DNA of 64,000 nt from NCBI RefSeq assembly GCF_009914755.1, contig NC_060937.1, one strand, 5' to 3'. Below, in pieces: positions 12,810 to 27,454 of this stretch. The stretch's first letter is position 1, and the number at the start of each line of letters is the position of its first letter. Position numbers and translations under genes: made by a program. The notes below the pieces were generated by a model that saw nothing but the letters and a program-made list of their open reading frames with translations, made no database searches and had not been told where the DNA came from. The DNA comes from the human T2T-CHM13v2.0 reference genome, Homo sapiens.

Positions 12810-14614
12810 ATTTTTCATTGTTTGTTTTTTAATTTTTTGTGTCTTGACATCTTAGGCAAGAAATTCAGAAGCCCCTCTCAGAGGCCAAGGCAGACGAAGT
12901 GTGCTCCCCTCCCATGCTGCCTCTGTGCACCTTCCCACGCCCACGGAGCCTCTTGGGGCCACCCTCCCACCCTCTGTTGGTTCCTGCTATCTACAGAGTG
13001 ATCCTAGGCAATACTGTGGCTCGGGTCAGGCCAAGGGGAGTTGTGTGGACCTGCTGAAGAGCAGGGAGTTTCCAAGCTCAGCGCCCCTGCTGTTTGCTCA
13101 CCTGTCATTTCAGCTTTGTGACAAGCCTGACATGAAAAGGGGAGAGGGCACATTTTTGACAGGAGAGGTAATTTATCAGAAAGCTGCCGGTGATAAACAT
13201 GCCTGTTGGGTGTTCGCTTGCAGCCCTGGGCCTGCCACGTGGCCAGTCCCCTGTTAATGCATAACCAGTGAGTGCCACTCTTGGACAGGTGCACAGACCT
13301 GGCTGTACCCCAGGCCCTTGCTTCCCACTCCTGATGAGGCCACTTTATCCTTTGCTTGGGCACAGACCCTGCCCACAGCAGGTCAGGGGAGCTGAAATCC
13401 AGGAGAGGCCCTGCAGGCTGCTGCCCCACCCTCGGCCTTCCCGTCAGGGCCGGTGTCTCCAGGCCTCAGTCCTCCAGCGGAGGGTGGGGACGGCCACAGA
13501 GATGGGTGTGGCTCCACGCATGACTCTGACCCTGGAGGATGGCGGGGCATCAGAATCAGGCACGATGGCTCCATGTTGCAGAAAAGAAAGTGCAGCTTGA
13601 AGGTTAAGGGGTGACGTCTGAGAGTGGGAGCACCTCCTCCTACAATCTTAAATCCACTTCCCAAGGGGAAGAGAAACCACTCACTAGTGCACACTGGACA
13701 CAGGGCCAGTGAAAGGCTCATGTTTTTATGGGAAAGCAGCCTTTTAGAGTCTGTTTTCTTCCAGATGAGGTATATACAGAATGAGGAGCCCCAGGGAGAA
13801 CTGCAGGCAGATGTCTGGACACTGAGTGTAGCTGTCCCACAGGGGTGAGGCTCTGTCACCACCCTGGGTGAACAGGTGCTGAGGGCTCCTCCTGGCACCA
13901 CCAACAACTTAGAGTGTGGCTAATGGGCGAGAAAGAGCCTGGGTGGGGGGTGTGGATATCTTACAGGGAGAGGTTCTCTTGGCTTCTTTGGTTGAGACCT
14001 GTGCTCTGTTTTCTTCTCATCTTCCTTAGAGGTTGTGTGGTCAAGGTCAAACCCAGACCCCTGAAAGTCATGGGGTCAGTGGTCACATTTTGGAAAATCC
14101 TGTCTCCTGGAAAAGCCCCCACTTTACAAATGTGGTTTGATGGCCAGTGACATAGGGTTGTGCTTCCTGAGAGCCTTGGGGAAGGCCATGACCTTCCTAG
14201 GCCTCAGTTTCCCCACCTTCAGAGAGACCCATCAGGCTCAGGATGCCTGGGATGACACCTTGGCATGAAAGACCCTGACACACCATCAGGATGAGCATCT
14301 CGCTGTCTCATTTCTTCCCCTCAGCTCCAAACAATATAGGAAGGAGAGAATGTTATTGCCTTTCTTACTAATCGCACCAGTAAGTACTGCAAAGGGCTTT
14401 GGAGTAGAATTAGGTAAGAAGAGGTTATCAACCATACAGACACAGGCCTGGAAGTGCTCGGAGGCTGTGCGTGTGCCAGAGAGCAGTCCTTGGGAACAGT
14501 TGAAGAATAGCTCATTCAGACAACAGGTAATTGGTTGAAATAGGTTTCTAAACGGCATCAAATCCAGAGTGAACTTAGTGGCTGGAGGGGGTGGGGGCAG
14601 GTTTTTTCCAGAAA

Positions 14615-14997
14615 ACCTTTTATTGAAATATACATACAGAAAAGTACAAAGATCACAAGTGTATGGTTTGATAAATTCCCACCAAGTGAACCTGCCCATG
14701 TAACCTGTACCTATAGATTTAAAAACAGAGCAGGGCCAACACCCCAGAAGTCCCTTTCTACCCAACCCAGGTAACACCATCCTGACTCCAAAAACCACAG
14801 TTAAGTGTTGCCTGTTTGGGGATTTCATGTAAAGAGAGTCGTACCGAAGTTCTCTGTTGTGTCTGTTGCTCTCATTCAGTGTGATGCAGGAGGGGCTCAT
14901 CCGTGTGGCTGCTCATGATTGTAGCTCATTCATTCACTCTCATTGCTGAGTGGTATTCCATTGTGTGACTGCAGCACATTTTATATGCCCATTTTAC
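14615..14997 (-). mobile_element. L1ME-like 3' fragment
   Basis: TTTTATTGAAATATACATACAGAAAAGT... and TTGCTGAGTGGTATTCCATTGTGTG motifs. Confidence 0.75.
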
Positions 14998-15308
14998 TTT
15001 TTTTTTTTTTTTTTGAGAGAGAGAGAGGGTCTCACTCTGTTGCCCAGGCTGGAGTGCAGTGGCATAATCACAGCTCACTGCCACTCTTTCTAACTCCTGT
15101 GCTCAAGCCCACCTCAGCCCCCAGAGTAACTGAGTCTACAGGTGCACCCCACCACACTCGGCTAATTTTTTTTTTCATTTTTTGTAGAGACAAGGTCTTG
15201 TTATGTTGCTCAGGGAGGTGAGGTCTCAAACCCCTGGGCTCAAGTAATCTTACTGCCTAAGCCTCCCAAAGTGCTGGGATTACAGGCATAAGCTAATGTG
15301 CCTGGACT
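14998..15308 (-). mobile_element. AluJ-like, inserted in L1ME
   Basis: Diverged antisense dimer. Confidence 0.9.
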
Positions 15309-16386
15309 GCCCACTCTACTATTAATGGATGCGTATTTTGTTTACAATGAGTAAAATACACATGCATGTACTTTTAGTATGTGCTCAGTTTTCGTTTAAT
15401 ACAAAGTGTGAATGGCCTTCTGGAACTTCTCATGGGGCGGGGAAATCTTGAACCGTAACACAGCTTGGTATGCACACGTCACATTGGGAATCAGCTGGTT
15501 TCGCCTTCCCTGGTCTGATGGCTTAGATTGGTCTGGGCAGGAAAAGCCAGGCCATACATGTGGAATTGGCAAATTGCAATGCACACATTTCTGTTATATG
15601 CACATCGGGATCTGGGACAGGCTGGACACGATGGGGTCTGCAAGGTTCTTTTTCTCTCTGAGTTAGGCAAGCCATGAATATGAAAAGGGAATGTTTGTAT
15701 AGTATCGACTTTCACTTAATGAAAATAGATACAAATGCAGGGAGAGAAAGAGATAACATGCTACTAAAATGCAGGCCAATGACTCTTAAAAATATCACAG
15801 CTCCCAGCAAGTGGGTGGTAAATGTGGCTGGCAGAGATGACGTGTGTCTGGGGACAGGTGGAATGCAGGGTTGAGGAGAGTGTTCAATGCGGGCAGGACT
15901 GACGGGAGAAGGGTGCAGGCACTGGTGTTGCTGGGCTGAGCTGAGTCACTCATTCCCCAAGGACCCTGTCTGCGAGCAGGAAGTGCCAGATGGGGAGGCA
16001 CTCAGCAAGTGGATGAGGACAAGCAGCACCACTGCCAGCCCCTCTGCAGCATGACTGCACCCCAAAGGGTGCTGCTGGAGGCTGGGGAGGGTTCACCTGA
16101 GCCTCCGTCTCTCCATCTCTGGAAGCTCCCTCACCTTTCCATGTAATAAGCAGAGTGACTTCCCCATTCCACGTGTGTTGCCCGGCTCTTCTGGCCCAGC
16201 CCAACCTCTGAGCCTCAGACCAGGAAATGTGAAACCAGGTGATGTGCACCTATCAAGTTGTGTCATGGTTCAAGACTTCCTCACTTCATGAAAAGTTCCA
16301 TAAAGGCCCTCCTCATTCTGTGTTAAATGAAAAATGAGCCAGTGTCCACAAGGAAGGGTGCCTCTTTTTAAAAATATTGCCATGAT

Positions 16387-16546
16387 GGCTGGGCAAGGCG
16401 GCATGCTCCTATAGTGCCAGCTATTCGGGAGGCTGAGGCGGGAGGATGGCTTGACAACAGGAGTTTGAGGCTGCAGTGTGCTATAATGGTGTCTGTGAAT
16501 GGCCACTGCACTCCAACCAGGGCAGCATGGCAAGACCCCATCTCTC
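16387..16546 (+). mobile_element. FAM (fossil Alu monomer) followed by (CA)n
   Basis: Monomer retaining the 7SL-like segment GTGTGCTATAATGGTGTCTGTGAATGGCCACTGCACTCC. Confidence 0.8.
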
Positions 16547-16602
16547 TCTCACACACACACACACACACAGAGATACACACACCCAGAGATGTGTCTCACC
16601 CT

Positions 16603-17457
16603 CAGCTAAATCCAAATATTCATGGTGATGTTAATATCACGCACTCAAAGCAGCCCAGAAAAGGGGAAGCAGCAGTCCCTGGAAGGTTAGGTGTTCTACT
16701 GAGAAGCCCCCAACTTTCCTCACACCCCACTTTAACCTTTCACTTTGCTTTTCTAGATGAGAATGGGCCTTGCAGCCACTGGGAAAGGCAGCAAAGCCCA
16801 AGAAATTAATATCACCATGAATATCTGGAGTTGACTGAAGGTCAGAAGAAATGGGTGGCAGAAGAAAGAGAAAAAGAAACATTGACAGATGGAATCCCTG
16901 CCAGGCCACTTTCAGTATCAAGAAAAGTGATCAGGTGGCAGAGCAATCCATGGAGGCTTCAGACTGATGCCCAGTGACAGCTGACTGCAAGCAAAGTCAA
17001 AGTGGTTAAGGCCACTTAAATATACTCCGTATTCACGAGTCCAAATTAAATACTCCCTATTCACATCCAATTTAAACCTGCATCCCCTGCGTGGGCGGTG
17101 GATGTAAACGCTGAGAAAGCCAAAGCTAAGTGTGGCCCCCTGCCAGGCCAGCTGCTCCCTCTGTTCTCAGCAGCTGCTACTGGACCTGGGAAGGTTCCAA
17201 TCTGCTCCCACTGGTGGGAAAGACCGCCCCGCTCCTGGCGTCGGGGAGGCCCTGGAGCTCTTCTTTCCTCCTGAAAGTCCACGCAGCACGGTCGCTGGGA
17301 AGGCAGGGAAGCCCAAGAAAAGCCCATTCTGATCTAGAAAAGCAAAGTGAAAGGTTAAGGTGGATATGAGGGAAGTTGAGGGCTTCTTAGTAGAACACCT
17401 AATCTCCCAGGGAGCTGCTGTTCCCCCTTTCTGGGCTGCCTCGAGTGTGATTGTTAA
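16603..17457. repeat. Complex inverted/direct duplication (X-Y-Z-X' ... Z-Y')
   Basis: 16636-16768 is the reverse complement of 17322-17457; 16603-16635 is inverted at 16805-16837; 16779-16805 repeats directly at 17295-17320. Confidence 0.9.
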
Positions 17458-20400
17458 GTCAAATTGGCCCCATCCGCTCCTTGGCTGAATTTGCCCGGAT
17501 TCTCTCTGGAACACAGGACTCAGCACCTCCACAGATGCATCTCCCCTGACAGTTCCATCTGCACCTGAGCCCTTCGTCAAGTTAATGGGTCACAGGCGCT
17601 CTAACTGGACTCATGCTGCTGTGAAGCACTGCGCATGTCTACCGCAGGATACGGACCACCCTCGTAAATATCCCAGGCGATGCTGAGGTACTAATGAGCC
17701 TGCACTTGTGCCCTACACCCCTTTACTCTAGGGAGAAAAAAGACATCTAACTCATCCAAGTGGGCCTCCCAGCAATAGCTCACCCAGTTATTTTTTTATG
17801 AGATTGTTATCACCAGCAGCCCCAAGATTAATAAAAATGGAGAGTAATAAAAGAAATCACAGGGGAAACTGATGCTATCAACTATGTAATAAAAGAGAGG
17901 AAGCAGGCTTCGTTTGTAATGACAAATTCTCCTTGTCTCACCAAGCTCAGAAATAAAGCCCCGAAAGAAGGGTGTAGTAGGGTGTAGTACGTGGCTTCAG
18001 ATGTGTGGACACACTAGCGCCAGGTAAATATCTCTCAGTGGCATTCTCTGCTCTGTGCAAACCAGAGAGCTCCCTTCCACGAGAATTCGAGGGTAGTAGA
18101 AGGAAGAGGTCTTCTGTCTAGTCTATGTCTAAACTTCTCACCTACCCCTAGACAAGGGTGCTACCCTCCTCACCACCACCCTCTCCTTAGCTTACAGCAG
18201 TGGTAACCAAGGCCCTGGAAGTGCCTGTCTGACGTCAGCTCCATGGCCTTTAGCTGGGGGCTAATGTCTGGGGTCCTGCAGCTGGCCTTTTCTGCACTTG
18301 ACCCCAGCCACCCTTTCTCCTGTCTCCTTAAGGAAGCCAGCAGAGCCCCAGCCAAATCCAAGTCCACAAAGCCAACTCGGAAGCAACGCACCAGCATCCT
18401 GTCCTGTCTCCAGGCTCTCTGGGCGGGTTCTCCCTGAGCCCTTCCAGATGGCTTCTGTTTGCTCCTCTCTTCACCAGATCTGCACATGTGGCCATGAGAA
18501 GGCAGCCGGGCTGGCGCTGGGTGAGGCTCAAGGGCAGTGGGATAGGGGGAAGGAGGAGGGGAGGACATGTGCAGGAGACTCCCGGGGCCCAGCTCTGTTC
18601 CTGTCTCCTGCCTGGGACCCTGAGCTCCGCAGCTGGGGTTTGTATCAAGGAGAGCTTGCTCTCCACTGCAGAGTGAGAGGCTCACAGAAGAGCCACGACG
18701 TGGACTCCAGAGCATGGTGGGGCCTCTGTGTCTCCCTCACTGCGCACAGGAAGGGAAGGAAATGGAGGAGAATCACCTTTCTCCTTTTCTACTCCACAAA
18801 CGCTGACACCAATCCTGACCTGGTTTTCCCAGCAACACAGATGTGATGAGGGATTGCTTCGAGCTTGGGGTCATCCCCGCATTTTGAAAAGAGCCCTGTG
18901 CCACCTGCAGTGATAAAAAGGACCACGGAGATGTAGCCCCAGCCAAGGGGGCCAAACTTCAGGGAGAATGCGGAATCAACTCAGATCCAAATAAATGTAG
19001 CCACCGCAGGGCTGCCCCCAGCTCTGAGCCCGTGGGCATGTGTGCTGAGGGTGCAGGAGAGAGGAGAGAGGGGATCCCTGCAGCGGGGCCCGAAGCACGC
19101 AACACTCCTTTGTCACCCAGCTTTGAGGAAGGGAAGGCCAGTCTAGATCAGGAGAATGGTCACAAGGGCAGGGTCTAGGAGGTGGTCAGTTAGTGAGGAG
19201 GAGGGAAAGCAACAGTGGCGTGGGACAGGCAGGGTCCCTGTGGGAACGGGCGTGATGTGAGACACAGCACAGAGGGCTGGAACAGCAAGGGGACAAAGCA
19301 CATTCAGGACGCAGGGACTTTGTGGGGGCCAGGGCTTTCCCGTGAAACCTGGGAAGTTGAGGGGGTGTCATCAAGGATCACCAGGACCCTTCTCCAACTT
19401 TAATTACTGAGGACTTTCCCATGGTTAGCAAGAAAGCTAGGTGATGCTGCTGGGGACAGCCATCTTGCTTCTCCAACAGATGCAGCGAACAGCTCTGGCT
19501 TATCTCCGCTCCCGAGCAGACACATAGTGGGAGAAAGGGGGAGAACACATGGCAAAGGGAGAACTTCAGAGCAGGATGCATCCCTAAGCCCCAGCTGCCA
19601 GGACTGGGACCAGGAGTCCCCAAGGACTGCAGCCGTGACTCATCCAGGCCTCGGTACCCTCCCATCTCTGAGGTTTTCTGCTGTGGCTCTGGGGCTTTTG
19701 TGCCCAGTGTCGCTTTGGGGCTTTCTCCTGGTGGAGACTTGGGACACTCAGTGTCGGAGCCTCCCAGCAGCATGAGGAACGGGGTGCAAACAACGCAGAC
19801 GACCCAGCTCCCCAAGAGGGGTCTGACTCCTGCATCCAGTGAGGGCTGAGTCAGAGCCAAGCAGAGCCTATCAGTGCACAATCCAAACACCAGCCAAGGC
19901 CCCGTGGCCAGGCCAGTCATAAACCCACGGCCACAAAAACAGGCCAGAGAGCCCAGGAATACAGCCCTGCCCGGGTAATGATTAACTGGCATCCAGGGGT
20001 CCTGGAGGTCAGAGCGATAATGAGAAAGTTTCCCTGAACTCTCTCAAGTGCAGAGGGCCTGGGGAGGGGCCCTGCTGGCGCCTATTCCTGGGCAAACACT
20101 TCCTGCCCCTCTCTTTTCAACGACCAAACAGCCTCAGCCCCTCTCACCTCCTTCCTGAGAACTGGGGAACTGACATCACAAACGCAGGGCCTCAGGGCCC
20201 TGGTAAAATCCACTGGGAATAGCCAACGAGGGCATCTTCCCAGGAGGCTGGATTTCCTCAAACACGAGGCTGATAAGCCCTTTCAAGAAGACAGGGCTTC
20301 ATGCTTATCTTTATTGTCTGGCATGTCCTGAGACATGGGAGCCACTCTGTTTGAGTGAAACTAGAATATTATGTTCAGCGAGACTTTCTGCTTTCTGATT

Positions 20401-20736
20401 TTTCTAGTGCTTTTGTATCTTGCAGTGGAATTCTCCAGCAACTTTCTTCTGAAATTCCCAAACAACTTCCAGTGCAGAACTCCCTTCTCGGTTTAAGTTA
20501 AGGAGGTTTGCTAAGGCCCCGCTATGTGTCTAGTTGGGGTGCTTTGCACAGAGTGAAAAATAATTCCCTCACCGGGAAGGCAAAGCTAACCTAGAGGAAA
20601 ACATAATAATGGAAAAATCTTTATAAGGTGAAGGGTCTCCAAAGTTTCTCTGTGTTCTAGGAAATCATAATGTCAGCTAAGGATTAAAGAGGTCTGTCCC
20701 CTCAACTTGCAGAGATAATTGAAGGAATAAATGACT

Positions 20737-21050
20737 GGACAGGGCTCGGTGGCTCATGCTTGTAATCCCAGCACTTTGGGAGGCCAAGGCAGGAAGATCT
20801 CTCAGACCAGCCTGAGCAACATAGGTAGACCTCGTCTCTACAAAAGAAACAAATGAACAAAACATTAGCCAAGAGTGGTGGCACATGCCTGTGGTCCCAG
20901 TTACTCAGGAGGCTGAGGTGGGAGGATCACTTGAGCCCAAAAAGTCAAGGCTGCAATGAGCCATGATCACTCCACTGTACTCCTGCCTGAGTGACAGAAC
21001 AAAAACCCTGTCTCAAAAAATAAAATAAAATAAATGTAAAAAAATTAAAA
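20737..21050 (+). mobile_element. AluJ-like (internal deletion in left arm)
   Basis: Alu dimer; TSD ATAAATGACT/ATAAATGATT. Confidence 0.9.
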
Positions 21051-21107
21051 ATAAATGATTCACTTGAGGATATGTGGTTGTCAGTGATCAAGATGGCGCC
21101 ATGTTAA

Positions 21108-21410
<303 letters not shown>

Positions 21411-21979
21411 TCATGAGCAACTCTCCCAAGGCTGGCCCCTGCACATGTCTTCCCATCCACCAATAGAGTCCCAGTTCATAGCCATTGTCACACCATTGTC
21501 CTGTCTTCCTCTCAACTGAGGGTGATGTTTAGAGGCATGATTTCTATCTAATATTGAAGCCAGAGGCTCTTCCAACATTTTCCAGAGTCTTCTTGTAGAA
21601 AAGGAGCTATGGATGTTTCCTTGAAAACAGGCCCCGATTCCTGTGACACACCCATCACATGTTGCTCAAAGCTATCCCAGGATATTACCAAATATTGACA
21701 TCCTGTCCTGGGTGAGCAGGTAGCAGTGCTAAGGTAAGACAAGTTCCCAGTTCTGGAGTCTTCCTACTCCAGGAGGCCAATCCTGAGCAGTGTGATTCCT
21801 GTGTTATCTAATTCATCAACTAACTTCCATTAAGACCCCACCCCGGACTAAGCCATTTTCATTTCCAGTGTCTATTGGGTGAGTCGGCTTTCACATTGTT
21901 CAGACGTGTGTGACAACACTGATCTACTTTTAACTATGTTAAACATTAAAGTGTCCATAACATTGTGTGCTCCTGATGG

Positions 21980-22250
21980 AAATAACACCACCACCTGTAA
22001 AGTAAGTATTCTTGACAAGAAAAAAAAAATCAAACCCAATCCAGCTTCTAGATCTAACTACTAGTTTACAGGAAATATAAGACTAGGGACAAAATGTTAA
22101 AGGACACCCAGGGCTGCAATCAGCAGAATCCAGAATGTGGAAACTGCCCATCAGCTGACACCTGTCATAGCTGGATGATAGTACATGGGGGGGTTGTTGT
22201 ATCATTTGCTCTACTTTTGTGAAATGTTTTATAATAATGGGTTAAAAATA
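21980..22250 (+). mobile_element. Old L1 (L1MC-like) 3' fragment
   Basis: CTAGATCTAACTACTAGTTTACAGGAAATA...CAATCAGCAGAATCCAGAATGTGGAAA. Confidence 0.6.
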
Positions 22251-22619
22251 CTTACAAGTGTTTACATACACTCAGCCACAAATCCAAAATAACATCCGAT
22301 CAGACACCTCTCCATAACCCACTGTGATGGGAGACAGTGACAATAGATATCTGAAAAAGGGATCAAAATCTCTGCCTAGCTCTTTATCCTGCCTCACCTC
22401 CCTGCTGACCTTAAGCTGATGCAGACCCGGGTGAACTGATCAGGGGCCATCGGCAAGCCCTTCTTTCCCCAAGGGTCATGAACTAGCACATTTCCTGGGG
22501 TGGGGGATGAGGAGTGTGCGGAGGCTCTGCCATGCTCGCACAGGCCCCTCGGACTCTGAATCAAGAGTCAGTACCACTGATCCAGGGACACCGTATGTGG
22601 GTGTGGAGGGTGATGCTGG

Positions 22620-23495
<876 letters not shown>

Positions 23496-23680
23496 TTAAC
23501 CAGGACTGTTCTTCAAAAGTATTATAAAGAGGATGGACTGGAGAGAAAGACTTCATCCTATTTACACTCTAGGAAGAGAAGAGGCCCACTCAGCTTCTCC
23601 ATAAACTGTTTCTGATTGACAGAATTGAGACAGACGCCTCAGACTGTGCAGCAGGGTGCCCTTCTCCAGGAGAAAGACTG

Positions 23681-24990
23681 CACACACACATACACACACA
23701 CACACGACATACACCACACACAACACACACACCACACAAACACAACACACATACACTACACACCACACACACACAAACACACCACACACATAACACACAC
23801 ACCACACACACACCTCACACCACACACACATCACACACACGACACATACACAACACACACAACACACAAACACAACACATATACAACACACACCACACAC
23901 ACACCTCACACCACACACACACATCACACACACGACACATACACAACACACACAACACACAAACACAACACATATACAACACACACCACACACACCACAC
24001 AAACACAACACACATGCACCACACACCACACACATACACCACACACCACACAATACACACAAACACACCACACACACAACACAAACACACCACACACACA
24101 CTGCACACCACACATGACACATACACAACACACACAACACACATACACAACACACAACACACATGACACACACAACACAAACATACCACACACATCACAC
24201 ACCACAGACAACACAAACACACCACACGCACCACACACATACCCCCACACACCACACACACGACACATATACAACACACACGACACACACAACACAAACA
24301 TACCACACACATCACACACCACACACACAACATGAACACACCACAAACAACACACATACACAACACACACCCCACACCCACACCACACATGACACACACA
24401 CAATACCAACACACCACACACACATCACACACCACACACATCACACACACACCACACATGACACACACACAACACGTACCACACACACAACACAAACACC
24501 ACACACAACACACACAGCACACACAACAGAAACACACCATACACACGACACACACACAACACACATGCACAACACACACCACACACCACACGCACCTCAC
24601 ATACCACATACACAACACACACACACCACACATGACACACACACAACACGCACCACACGCACCTCACATACCACATACACAACACACATGACACACACAC
24701 AACACGCACCACACACACATCATACACTGCACACAACACACATGCACACCACACACACACCACACATGCATGTCACACACACCACAAACCACACGCACAT
24801 CACATACCACACACACAACACATGCACACCACACTCACACCACGCACAACATACACACCACCCACAACACACAACACACACAACACACTCATAACACACA
24901 ATACATGCACACCACATATACACCACACACATCACACACAACACACAACACACACACACCATTCCACACACCCAGAACACACACAAACAC
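23681..24990. repeat. Long degenerate (CA)-rich low-complexity tract with internal duplications
   Basis: ~1.3 kb almost entirely A/C. Confidence 0.97.
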
Positions 24991-25414
24991 AGTTTTGTGA
25001 ATGAGGAGGTGTTGGGCAGGAGTCTATAGGACATAGGAGAGAAAGCACAGCTGGAAAATGGAAATATGTCAACCTCTAAAATGCAGACACAGTTAAGGGT
25101 GAAACCATGAGACATGGGGAAAATGATGCCTCCTCTTTTCTCCCGTTTCGGAGAGGAGCTTCCTCTTTGCATCTTGCTTTGGTTCATTCTGGAACCAAAT
25201 TCTCCAGGACTCAGAGGATGGGAGCATACAGGGGATAGGGGGCTGGCCCTTTCTATCCTCTCTACAGAAGAAAACAACATTACAAAGGCAAAATGCATGC
25301 AAGTAAAAAAAAAAAAGTTTCATAGAGGTGTGCTGGAGAGTTGATTCATAACCATGTTCATTTTCTATTTGTGTTATTTGTCCGCTTTTTAAAATTTGTA
25401 ATTTAAAATTGTAC

Positions 25415-25835
25415 AGGAGGATCACATGGGATCACAAGTTCAAGATCAGCCTGGGCAACATAAGACCCTGTCTCTACAAAAGAAACCATCAAACAATACA
25501 TCACACGCAACACACACAACACACATGCACACCACACACACACACGACACATGCATGCCACACACACCACACACCACATACCGCACACCACACGCACATC
25601 ACATACCATACACACAACACATGCACACCACACTCACACCACACACAACATACACACCACACACAACACACACAACACACACTATCTGGGCATGGTGGTG
25701 CCCTCCTGCAGTCCTGCTACTCGGAAGTCTGAGGTGGGAGGATCGCTTGACCCAAAAGTTCAAGGTGCAGTGATGGTGCCACTGCACTCCAGCCTGAGTG
25801 ACAGAGCAAGACCCTGTCTCAAAAAATAATAATAA
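25415..25835 (+). mobile_element. AluJ-like with ~190-bp CA-rich insert in the central linker
   Basis: Left-arm part 25415-25482, right arm 25684-25835; insert matches ~24731-24890. Confidence 0.85.
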
Positions 25836-26844
25836 AGAAATTAAATTTAAAACAATAAAAAAGAAATGACTCACTGGAGGACATGTGGTTGTCATCTATC
25901 AAATCCTATGATCCCCATTATGAGAGGCATTGTGATGAGATTTTCCTCTTCTCATTTTTGCAACAATTAACTTTAGTAACTTTTGTGTTCTTTCTCTTAA
26001 AGAGACCCCACAAATCGTATAAATTTTTGACCCCCCCGCCAAATTCTGATCTCGAGACCTCAGAATAGAGAGTACCCCTGAATTCACACTTCCCTTTTGC
26101 TGGTGGGGAAGGGCTGAGTGGGGGAAATAGCCCCTTAAATGGGTAGGTGTCTGCTTCTCAGTCCCTTTGATAAAAGTGTGGATTCAGCTTATCTGACCAG
26201 CTAGGCAGGATTAGTATGTCCCTCTCATAGATGGAAAGTTAAGTGATTCGTCCACAGCCACACCCTGACAACCTTGCTAAGACCCCAGGCCCCAGGCTCC
26301 AGGCCACCGCAGTATCAGCTGCCTCACTGTTCCAGGACACGGAGAAACCGGGAATGCACCTGTCATCCGTAGCATCCTCCCTTCCTGGTTTTGATAAATC
26401 AGACTAATCCCTCTCCATTTGTCCACTTCTCACTTCACCCCCTTCATGGTCCCAGTGAGAGATCAGACAACATATTTCATTCGTTGCAAAACCTTGCAAT
26501 CACTTGGGCCGGGAACTGGCAAAATCAGGTCACGACGGCAATCCTTGCTGGGGATCCTGAGGCCAAGGAAGCAGGAAAGACCCAGGAGTGCAGGGACTCG
26601 ACCCTGCGAGGATCCCGTGCCTGGAGATGCCAAATCACCATGTTCTGCCTGAGCCCGGAGGCTACCTGCTGAGCTCCCAGGGAGGCAGTAGGACTGAGGA
26701 TCACGGAGCGCTTTTTTCACTTTGTTGAGAGCTAGACTTGATATTGATGGGGAGTATTTAGAAATAGCAGCATAAAGAAGTTGGGATTATGGCTGAATCT
26801 AATGTTCTTGAGAAGCATTTCTTTTTTTTTTTAATTAAAAAAAA

Positions 26845-27454
26845 TTTTTTTTATTTCTATATGTTATTGGGGAGCAGGTGGTGTTTGGTTCCATGTGTAA
26901 GTTCTTTGGTGGTGATTTCTGAGATTTTGGTGCACCCATCACCCGAGAAGCACACACTGTACCCAATTTGTGGTCTTTTATCCCTTATCCCCTTCCCTCC
27001 TTTTCCCTCTGAGTCCCCAAAGTCCACTCTGCCTTTTTTTTTTTTTTTTTTTTTTTTGAGACAAAGTCTCACTCTGTTGCCCAGGCTGGAATGCAGTGGT
27101 GCAATCTCAGCTCACAACAACCTCCGCCTCCCAGGTTCAAGCGATTCTCGTGCCTCAGCCTCCTGAGAAGCTAGGATTACAGGCGCCAGCCACCACACCC
27201 AGCTAATTTTTGTATTTTAGTAGAGATGGGTTTTTACCATGTTGGCGAGGCTGGTCTCAAACGCCTGACCGCAGGTGATCCACCCTCCTCGGCCTCCCAA
27301 AGTGCTGGGATTACAGGCATGAGCCACCATGCCCGGCCCACTGTGTCATTCTTTTGCTTTTGCATCCTCATAGCTTAGCTCTGACATATGAATGAGAACA
27401 TACAATGTTTGGTTTTCTATTCCTGAGTTACTTCACTCACAATAATAGTCTCCA
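26845..27454 (-). mobile_element. L1PB1-like 3' end, interrupted by an Alu
   Basis: GGTGATTTCTGAGATTTTGGTGCACCCATCACCCGAG...TTGCATCCTCATAGCTTAGCTC. Confidence 0.85.
27034..27338 (-). mobile_element. AluS nested in L1PB
   Basis: Full antisense dimer. Confidence 0.95.

Noticed and set aside
23562-25895. Long His/Thr- and Cys/Val-rich ORFs (up to 275 aa)
   Set aside because: Artefacts of the CA/TG low-complexity tract, which rarely contains stop codons
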